From Macrostomum hystrix (Eukaryota > Animalia > Platyhelminthes), in the NCBI GenBank assembly GCA_950097015.1, contig CATNEN010000029.1, positions 4,278,001-4,342,000 on the forward strand: 64,000 nucleotides of DNA, read 5' to 3'. Below are positions 52,711-62,500 of the stretch, piece after piece (positions within the stretch are counted from its first letter, which is position 1; each line of letters starts with the position of its first letter). Made by a program: the position numbers and the translations under genes. The notes under the pieces are model-generated. The model worked only from the letters and a program-made list of their open reading frames with translations, was not told the origin of the DNA and searched no databases.

Positions 52711-54258
52711 TTACTTTTATTATGCAGTCCGAAGCCCTTCCTGATCGCCAGAAGGAGCTGTTCAAGGACCGTGGTAGTAATAAGCTACTTTAGTAGTCCT
52801 TGGTGCAGTTCCAGTCGGTTTTCGGGACTATTCTGCTGTAAATGCCTCCTAATTGAATAGGACTCACTTGAATAAATCAACCTGGCCTGCTGAGCACCGA
52901 TGAGCGAGTCACAGACAATGAGCAATCAATCGCCACACAGGCCAGCCACGCCCAAAGGAGCTGCTGCTTCGTTGGCAACGATCCTGCTGGCAGGCCAAGT
53001 CATCCTCGCCGAGTTCTGGACATGGAAAAACTAGATTTAGAAGGACGTCACTCGGCTTTCGTGGAAATCTAGCTGGCAGGAGGCCAATTATTTATGTAAA
53101 ATACACGAGCGAGAATGACGGACTTTAGTAATAACAAAGGGATCGTATTCAAACTTAATGATGACATACAGATAATTATTTGTTAGAGGTGTGGGCAAAA
53201 TGAGAATTTAGTTTTTTGTTTTTTACTGTAACATTAGGGCAGATACTCTTACGGAGAAACCAATTATCAATCAGTTTATTTAACGATAATCAATAACTTT
53301 TTATTATATAGAAACGTAATCAAGCGCCAAGTATAAAATGACATAGTATGCTAACCTCCCTGTGAATTCATTGGTTTGATTGTATGAATTCTTGAAAATT
53401 TTGATTACTGAGAATTGCAGAAGTTTTAGCTCGTACATACCTAGCTGTCTCGGAATGCGACCGTGCCTGCTAATATTCTACAGTCACTCTGTTGACAACA
53501 GGTTGTGACAACACCGTTCCAATATTTGCTTTGGAGCTGGACTATACGCGCCAGTGCAAGTCTCTTTCGCTGCACATTGGTTAGATAAATGTTTTCTTTG
53601 TCAGCACTTCAAATTCGGAGACCCCAGGGACAGCTGAAGACAATAGGTAAAAATGGGCATGTGCTGAGAGCTTGGGGCTATGAGAGTTTGAGTTTTAGAC
53701 AGACGGGCGACTCCCAAGGTGTGCAAACTGCCATCGGACTAGTGCCTAGAGTCTCTGGACTCTATTCGATAATAGCGCGTTTCTTAGAATATTCATTATA
53801 AGAACTCATTCTATGGTTGACCTAGTTTTTTATTGTCAAGAAAAACGCCAAAATATTTCAGCACTCGAACCTCAATTATTTTAATCCTTACTGATAAAAT
53901 TAGTAGCTTATATTTCGATCAGGTTATATATTCAATCTAGAGCAACTACAAATTTCATCAAAATGATCGCTGACGATAAAACAAAAGCTAAATTTTTCTT
54001 CCCCGTAGTCCGAATTGTTATGCTAGCCGATAGATTATGCGTATAGCAGAGCTAACTGCATTATTTGTGGATGAGCAAGCTTTATCCAAATAAAGAAGCC
54101 ACCCCAGGGCAGGGTCATAGGCAAACACGAGCGCATGCATACAGTATTTATACTCTCCAATTTATTCGGCACCAATTTTAAACCACAATAGAAAACTCGC
54201 CGACCACCAACGAAGTAAAAATTCTCGAGTAAAACTTCTCTGAAGCCTCGTAACCCCG

Positions 54259-55033
54259 ATGGAAGCTTTCAAGGAGGCCTGGCTAGCTATCGATGTCGAA
54301 GGCAAGGGCAGCATCACCTCGCGCGATCTGTCCGCCTACATGAAGAAGCAGAACTATGACGATGCGTTTGTTAATGTGAGGCTGTGTAATAGGTTCTAGT
54401 GTTCTAATGCACCTCTTACGTGTACCAAGTTAACGAACAGTCAGTCTATAAGCTTATGAAACAAATGGCATGCACGCACATTGCAGAAATGGATGCGCTT
54501 GTTCGATCAGGACAACTCCGGCACCATCGAGTTGGAAGAGTACTGCGACGTTCTAGGCTTGAATCCAAAGCAAATGTAAGCTAAATGATTTGAAAGTAAT
54601 GCATAGAATAGCAGATGAATCTGGCAATCCTGATCTCATTCACATTCACAGCATGTCTGAGGTTCGATCTCGCATCGCCACTGCCTCCTTGCCGGAGGGT
54701 ATTGAGTACATCTCTGGCGACATGGAGCTCAGTTGGCAGATAAAGATTGCCAATCTAACTTTGGAGGGCCTGCGAGTCAATCAGAGCATGAAGGTAAAAA
54801 CCCTCTAGCTGATTGTGTTTTTTATTTCTATTGAAACTTACAATTTATCGAACCTTTGCAGGACGTGCCAAAATGGATGAAGACCCAGGCTGATCGACAG
54901 TTTGGCCAGCTGTGGCATGTGGTGATTGTTCACGGACAGTTCTGGTGCTACTTTGGCCACGAGCCGGCCTATTCGTTTATCTTCCGCTACTGGCAAGCAG
55001 ATCTTCATCATCTTCAAGACGCCATTCACTTGA
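54259..55033 (+). CDS. Tegumental-allergen-like (TAL) protein: two EF-hands plus a dynein-light-chain-like domain, 4 exons, with an apparent +1 frameshift near the 3' end
   Basis: Exons 54259-54375, 54487-54575, 54652-54793 and 54862-55033. EF loops DVEGKGSITSRD and DQDNSGTIELEE; DLC-like MKTQADRQFGQLWHVVIVHGQFWCYFGHEP. An extra T at 54991 separates FRY from GKQIFIIFKTPFT*. Confidence 0.85.
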
Positions 55034-56937
55034 AAGCCATTCTTGGCAGCACCAGTTCGTAGCGCTATGGAATTACATAAGGAAAATGAGACTAACTATA
55101 CATGGGATTAACCTGCTCAATTCAGCCAGTTAGTTGTCCGTGACGACTCGCCTAACATGCTCGCCTAATACAAAAAACTATACACCTCTCACCATTTAGT
55201 GCGTTTTTATTTAACTTTTAGAGTCAAAACTAAGTGATATTAATTGAACCAATAAAATAACATTTTAACATGTTTTCTAAACGCAATTATAGATATAAGA
55301 CACTCAAAGCAAAACAGAAACTGTGTCATACATTAGACAAAGTTATTCGCTTTGTCATCCACTAGGGTACTAAACAACCAACTAAAGTTATCCATTATAT
55401 TTCATCCAGAATAATTACTTTTCAATGAACGAAATGTATGTTTTAATCGTTCTTAGCATTGATCATTTGTAAGAGCCGAATAGATGGAACTTTTAATTCG
55501 CGCTATTTCTATGGAACAATTAAATACAAAAAATCCCCTTCACTTCCCAAAAGCAATTTCTTAAAAACATTGTATCATTGGTCTTTGTTGAACTACACGA
55601 TCTGCTTCTAGTCTATTTAAGCTTCGTTGATCAATCGCGCATCAACAGTCCTTATAATTACTTACACATATACATATGCTACATGTATGCCTAAAAGGTT
55701 TACAAATGACATTAACCGATTTTAAGCAACACCTTAAATGGTAATTTGTACGCCGAAATATAACCATTTACCAAGGTTGTCAAGGCAAAGTGACACGTGT
55801 ATGATAATGTAATATAAACTATTTGATGGTTTTAGTAGCAGTATGCTTAGTAGCAGTATAGTAGTAGTAGTATTGAATAGCGCAGGCAAACCGTCCCTAA
55901 GGCCAAAAAATTGTGACTATATTTTACTTAAAGTCTAAGTATGAGCTACAATTGACATATTCAAAGCAGTTTGATTTTTGCAAAAAAATGACAAATAAAT
56001 AGCTCGTAGATATTCGTAACAGATTCACGCAGTTTAAAAAATTAAAGAAAGAGATACGCTGCTGAGCCGTTCAACACGAGAAGAGTAAGAAAATTAAAGA
56101 TCGTGGAAAAAAAGTTATTGGCAAGAAAATTGAAAAATTGAACATTTTAGGCATACATGTAGCATATGTATATGTGTAATTGTACAGAAAAAACTTAATT
56201 AAAACGAACAATGGCAGTGGAGATTAATTAAAACGAACAATGGCAGTGGAGATGGCAGCAAGAATGGGATACAACATATCAGATGCAAAAACAACCCACG
56301 GACCACTAAGCCTTAAAGTAGAGTTTAAGTGCTCCTTGAAATTGGATCGTGCGCGAACTTAATTTTCGCGGTACGTTATAACAAACAATCAGCTCGTTAG
56401 GACCCCATTAGAACTTTTCGAAAGAGTTTAAACGGAAAATTGTATTAAAGGTTACCTTGAGAACGCATAATTTTTTTCACCTTTTTAGTCTAACTGCGTC
56501 GATAAATCAGCTGACTGAAAGTTAAAAAGCTATGATGTAGCTTTAAAAGTTAAACTGTAACCAAGATTACGTTTTGTAATTGTATTTCGATGATAATGAT
56601 GCTAAGGATTAGTCATTTGCACTTGAAAAAGCATATTCTATGTATGTAGATGCACTGTACTGCACTGATTTTGGCAGCAGTGTACGTTATAGCAAGATTG
56701 ATATTTTAAACGCTATTTTGTGTAAATTTATATTTTATAAGGATAAGGAATGGATGGAGTAGTAGTACAAACTGTCTCTATGGAGTACATAGTAGCTATT
56801 TTTAGTTTTGACTAGAAAGATACAGAAAATTGTCCATTGAGTTTGACATTCTAAATCGATTAAACAGAATAATGAATAAAATAACTTTTTATATAAATTT
56901 GCAGCTAGCATGCAATGTACAACTTCTTTTTATGTTC

Positions 56938-57089
56938 AGAAAACTCAAAATCAACATTAATTTTTTTAAACATATATGTAACTTGGTTCTGTGTGATTAA
57001 TTGATGTGTCTGCCTTGAAGATGACAGATTGTGGTCGAAATGCATTGGCAAAATTCTAAGAAAATTTAAATGTTGATTTTGAGTTTTCT
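56938..57089. repeat. 21-bp perfect inverted repeat about 110 bp apart (MITE-like, no TSD found)
   Basis: AGAAAACTCAAAATCAACATT (56938-56958) / AATGTTGATTTTGAGTTTTCT (57069-57089). Confidence 0.6.
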
Positions 57090-57577
57090 CTACTTAATTG
57101 TTGTCTAGCAAGCTACTCTAGGCCTGTCTGAATTTTTTTCTGTTGCTTTATTTTTTATTAACATGGCATTCCATTTCTACTTCTTATGCCCAGCAGTTTG
57201 TGTATGTTCAGAATTTAGATGCTGTTGTCTTTTTGCTATTTGCTGCTTTGCTTTTAGAATATGTCTGATTGTTAACTTTTAGTAGCTAGCCATTCTTTTT
57301 GCCATTTAGTCAAAATAGGAAAATATTACAAATTGCTTGTACAGCTAGTTTACTAGCTGAACAACTTATGATAACTTTAACATATCAGACTGCTGAAGGC
57401 ATTGGTTTTTATTGTCCTAGGGCTCTGTCTAAATTCGATATTACTCCTAACAATGCCACCAAAGTTGTTGTAGGGCTAAATTAATTCTACTGCTGTCACC
57501 AAAGTTGTTACAGGCCTTTTATACTTTTGTCAATCTTATGAATGTCTTTTAATTATTCGCTTTATCTCAATTCAAAT

Positions 57578-58188
57578 TGGTAGCGTTATATATTCAAATA
57601 TGGTAGCGTTATGTATTCAATCTGGTAGCGTTATACTTTTAGTATGGCCGGTATCTTTCCTCTATATTTCCTTCTGCTTATAACTTTACTGCATTATTTC
57701 TATAAGTACTTTTTATCCGTCTTTATCAGTCTTTTATCCGTCTTTATCCGTCTTTTATCCGTCTTTAATTATCATTCAGTTAACCTTCAATTCAATCTTC
57801 AGTTCAGTCTTCAATTTCAATCTTCAGTCCGTTTCATAGGGCTTTCCAGTGGATCTAGAGTTACAGCTTTCTATTCACTCTATTTACTTCTCTTTCGCAA
57901 TGTCTCTTTTTCTCAAATAACTTTAACACGAACACTTCACATTCAAGCTTTCTTTATTCTGAACTTCGTCAGGCACGAGGTTGCTTTTCTCTCTCTTTCA
58001 CTCGTGTATTTATAGTAAAACTTCTCCCCTCACATCCGTGACTTCAGTAAAACCTTTATTTTTCGGTGCAGTTAAACAAAATTTGGTGCATTAAAACAAA
58101 GTTTCGTAAAGTAAAACAAAATAATAAATTTGCGCGGGAAAATGTTTCTAAGAATTGTAACGTGTAATAATTGAAAAATAATCCTACA
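57578..58188 (-). promoter_or_regulatory. Probable 3' LTR (boundaries tentative)
   Basis: Minus strand: purine tract AAGGGAGG (58204-58197), TGTAGG start at 58188, TATAAATA (58014-58007), AATAAA (57958-57953), and a candidate end in one of three ...AACGCTACCA repeats. The 5' LTR is outside the window, so this cannot be confirmed. Confidence 0.45.
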
Positions 58189-58365
58189 TCAACTGACCTC
58201 CCTTAAAGTCAGATTTGAATGCACATACTGTAAGTGAAAATATGACTATATACAAAAACAGAACTATAGGTGAACATATAGGCACAAAATATACAAAAAT
58301 ATGGTACTAACACAACAACATAAACCTTCACCAAAAAGAAATTAAGTCCATAAATGTCCTTCACT

Positions 58366-59169
58366 TTAAAATGCGCATGGGGCAGGTAACACTCGATAAT
58401 AAGGCCAGCCGATTTGACGGAAGGCCCATCTAAATTCCATGTTAGTCACTTTCCGATGTAGAGTCGCCTCGCCGGTTGCTGCGCTCTGATGTACATTGTG
58501 GGCGACGGCTTGAAGTGCGGTGACGGCCTGATGCTGCGGCAGACTCTTCAGTACCAGCATACTTTTCCATATCTGAGTTCGTTGCGGGTATGACAGTTCG
58601 TATGTGTGGAATGCCACCTTCTCCATGTATTCTGTCAGGTCGTGAACCATCTTCTCCCTTTCTTCTTCTGCTGGCGTCGGTTGTTTCTGCGGCACAGGCG
58701 GCGTAGACTGCGGCACGACAGGCATCGGCTGCGGCTTGGCCCGTGTCGGCTGCGGCTTGGCCTGTGTCGGCTGCGGTTTGGCCTGCGTCGGCTGCGGCTC
58801 CCTTCTAGCGTTGGCTTCCAGCGGTGCGGGCCGCAATTGCTGCAGTGCAGGCCCAGCCGAATATCGCCTGTGGGATGCCTCGGTCGCTGTCCGAACAGGT
58901 CCTGCCGTGCTCAAACAAATTACCGATTTGAGGCGGCCGCTGCTTGTCATCCCTGCTGGCTGTGCCGTTTTCGCCTGCTTAACCGCTACCGGTGATGGTG
59001 TGCGCGGTCTTTTCGTGGCCATTGTAGTAGCGACTGGCAGCTTGGGGCGCGTTGCTACTCGCTCTGGTGCCGCCGTCTCCATATTTTCTTGCGCCGTCTC
59101 CATATTTTCTTGAGCAAAATCTCCGCCGTCCAACAATTCTTGTAGGAAGTCGTCTAGGTTGTTATCCAT
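58366..59169 (-). CDS. Extra ORF (ORF3) of the retrotransposon, ~267 aa: disordered P/A/Q/K-rich N-terminus plus a putative histone-fold-like C-terminal domain
   Basis: Uninterrupted, more GC-rich ORF from ATG at 59169 (the track starts at TTG 59184). That it is an ORF is well supported; the fold assignment is by eye only. Confidence 0.7.
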   Translation of the reverse strand: MDNNLDDFLQELLDGGDFAQENMETAQENMETAAPERVATRPKLPVATTMATKRPRTPSPVAVKQAKTAQPAGMTSSGRLKSVICLSTAGPVRTATEASHRRYSAGPALQQLRPAPLEANARREPQPTQAKPQPTQAKPQPTRAKPQPMPVVPQSTPPVPQKQPTPAEEEREKMVHDLTEYMEKVAFHTYELSYPQRTQIWKSMLVLKSLPQHQAVTALQAVAHNVHQSAATGEATLHRKVTNMEFRWAFRQIGWPYYRVLPAPCAF

Positions 59170-59577
59170 TCTTTGGGTTTGCAATTTTCACACTTTGGCA
59201 CTGTCTTAAGATTCTTCTCTGGCGGGCTTTTAGGTGGTCTTATTATATAGAGCGAAAACTGGACCGCATCAATGTGTCCGGGCTCCCCAGGGATCTGAGG
59301 GCCACTTTTGACAGCCTTACTCTGCCATGTCATATATCACATTCACTTAATTTCAATTTCCGACTTTATCATTTACAGTTATACTTTCATGTTTGGATTC
59401 TTTTTACAGATCTCATTCTCCCGAATACATTGATGTTTTTACTTTTCCAATATCTTTTTCAGATCACCTTTTATTTGCTTTTTAAATTTTTCTTATTTTA
59501 AATCTTAATCAATTAACATTGACTTTAACGCAAATCTGTGTGAACTGGGCTCCCATTGTTCTCTATTGTTCTCGAAA

Positions 59578-62500
59578 TCACTGGGGTAGATATCTTCTGT
59601 ATCGTTCCCGAGGCACGAAGCCGTGAGTGACTGGCTGGGTGTTACGTAACACTCCTCTTCCTGGGGTAAGCTCTCCCCTGTTCAATTGTTCAGTCCTGTC
59701 ATTTCGTGGTCTTAAATTATAGCCATGGGCTCCTTCTGTATGTACATTTCTTTCTTCTTCATGCTCAATCTCTGAGTCACTCATGTTCATTTCTTCAGTC
59801 TTGTCCATTTCGCTGTCTGTTTCTTCTTGTTCTGACTCATTCGCTTCTTCTTGCCTTTCGCTTTCATTGTCAGGGATTGCTTCCTGTTCTGCATACATTT
59901 CATCTTCGGATTCTTCATTTGGCATATTAGCTCTCCATCTTATTCTGTCTTCTTCTTCGGATTCGTCTTCTTCTTCATTAATGACAATTACATTTTGTTT
60001 ATTTTTATTTGAGGTGGCCTGACCTCCCTTAACTTTTGACCGTGTGGTGTGACTAGTTTTGTGACCTCCCTTTCTTGTTTGTTCTGCGGATTGCAATGTG
60101 ATTTGTGTATTTGGCACTGGTGTAATGTTATTTCTATGCACAATTAATTTCTCTCCTACTCTTTCTCCTTCAATTTCTCTCTGAACACGATAAACTGTGT
60201 CGGATAACTGAGCAAGTACTCGGTACGCGGCTCGCTTTTTCCTGTGAAACTTATGGCTCTCATCCTGATGTAGCTGAGGATTATTTAACAGTACAATTCC
60301 TCCAATAATAATTTCTTTTGGCTTCTTGGCAGCTTCGGCCTTTTCTTTTCTTTGTTCATTAATCTTCTCTAGCTTCTGTTTGACAATCTTATTAGCTTTC
60401 TCCAGTCTTTCGGCATGGTCTTTTACATAACTAGGATAGTTAGCGAATTCGTGCGGTCTTTTGACTATATTGTCTATGGGCAAAGTTGCTTCACGCCCAA
60501 ATAATAGATAGTGAGGCGAATATCCGGTGGATTGATTAATACTCGTTCGCACTGCTACGAGCGCGGCTGGAATCATGAGATCCCAATCAGAGTGATCCTT
60601 GTTAATCAGACATGTAACTATCGACTTGACTTGTCCGTTAAATCGTTCAACTAAGCCGTTACTTTGAGCATGGTAGGGTGTAGTGCACGTGTGCTTGATC
60701 CCGTACAGCTCACAAAATGCTTGAAATTGTCGGCTAGTAAATGACTTTCCATTATCAGTATGGATCCATTTGCATTGTCCGTATTCTGCGAATACTCTTT
60801 CTTGTAATATCTTGATCACAGTATCTGATTTCTGGTTCCTGGTCGGAAAAGCGAATGGGAATCTAGTTGTACTATCGACTATTGTCAGTACATACTTGTG
60901 CCCTCTTTTGCTGTCCTTGGACACAGGTCCAATGAAATCTATATGAAGGCGCTCAAACGGCTCACAAATCGGAAAATTCTGCACAGGTGCTGGGATACGC
61001 TGTCCCGCTTTACTCTCTAAACACGTTATACATTCTGAAATGTACTTCTCAATTGCAGTGACTAGTCCGGGTCTCCAAAACCGTTCACGCACTCTCTGCG
61101 TGGTTTTATCACGGCCTAGGTGACCTGCCAATGGGCTGTCATGCAGTTCTCTAAACACTGCTCCTTCAATACTCTTTGGCAATACAATTTTTCTGATTCC
61201 TTCTTCTTGAATCGTCAACAACTCATCTTCGAACTTCATCTGTTCGTAGTACTTTAACATTTTCTTCAATTCTTCTGACAATTTGTCTCCTGTCGGTTTC
61301 TCTACTGCACTCTTCTTCCAATTTATCAGTGTTCTCACTGAGGAGTCTTCTTGCTGGGCTTGCACCAACTGCTCCTTCTTGAGTGGAACCTCGAGATAAT
61401 CAGTAAGAAGTTTCCGACATCTCTCTTCTTCAATTTCTTCATCTTCGACATAATCTCTCGCATCTTCGAATACATCATCATCATCTTCATCATCTTTGTC
61501 ATCTTCCTGTACTTTCTGCTCTTTGAGAATCTCCAGATCAGTCTGACAGCTTTGATGCTTCAGTGAGCTTCTGCTGGTCAACTGTTTTGCTGGCATCTCT
61601 TTCTCAATTACACGATCATTGCGGACATCGGTGCCGGTTTCCTCGATTTCTTCAGGTGGCTGAATCAGTCCTAGCTGGCTGTCTGGTAAGCTCACCTTCG
61701 GTTCACTTCTTTTCAATTCTAATTCAGAGTCCATTTTTCGGTCAATTTGTGTTGGCTTTGTAATTTCGGTCTCAGCAGGTCGTCGGGATAGACTGTCAGC
61801 GTTGCTGTGCTTGCTGCCCGAACGATGCTCGATGTCATACTGGAACTCGCTTAGCCGCTCGATCCAACGACCAAGAATTCCTTGCGCTTCAGTCTGGCGT
61901 AGAAGCCATAGGATCGCCTTGTGATCAGTGCGGGCTAAGAATCGCTTGCCAATGAGATAAAATCGAAAGTGCTTCATCCCATCAACCAATGCTAACAACT
62001 CTTTTCTGGTGATCGGATATCTCTTTTCAGAATCTTTCATAGCTCGGCTAAAGTACGCAATCGGCCTTTCAGTGCCGTCGGACTGTATCTGTCCAAGACA
62101 GGCGCCGATTCGATTGTCGCTAGCATCGACATCTAGGACCATTCGTACTTTTTCATTCTCAGAAAACTCTGGATAGGCAAGCACTTCAGTGGACATTAAC
62201 TTTTGCTTTAATAGTTCAAATGACTCCGTATGTACTTTAGTCCATTTTTCTTTGAAATTCTGCACTCCCTTCTTAGTTAATTGAAATAACGGGTGTGCGG
62301 CATCAGCATAATTCTTAACAAATCGGCAATAGTAATTGCACAATCCAAGGAAGCTTCTTAATTCTTTAACATCTTTAGGCACTGGCCATGTTTTAATAGC
62401 TTCAATCTTTGCCGGGTCTGTTCTTATTCCATCGACTCCGACTACATGTCCTAAGTACTTTAATTCTTGCTGAAACAAGTTGCACTTTTTTGGTCTTAGC

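Noticed and set aside
52720-53100. Moderately GC-rich stretch suspected to be a LINE remnant or exon
   Set aside because: Translations in the frames tried gave no recognisable motif.
56195-56255. ~29-bp direct duplication TTAATTAAAACGAACAATGGCAGTGGAGA
   Set aside because: A simple local tandem duplication with no further structure.
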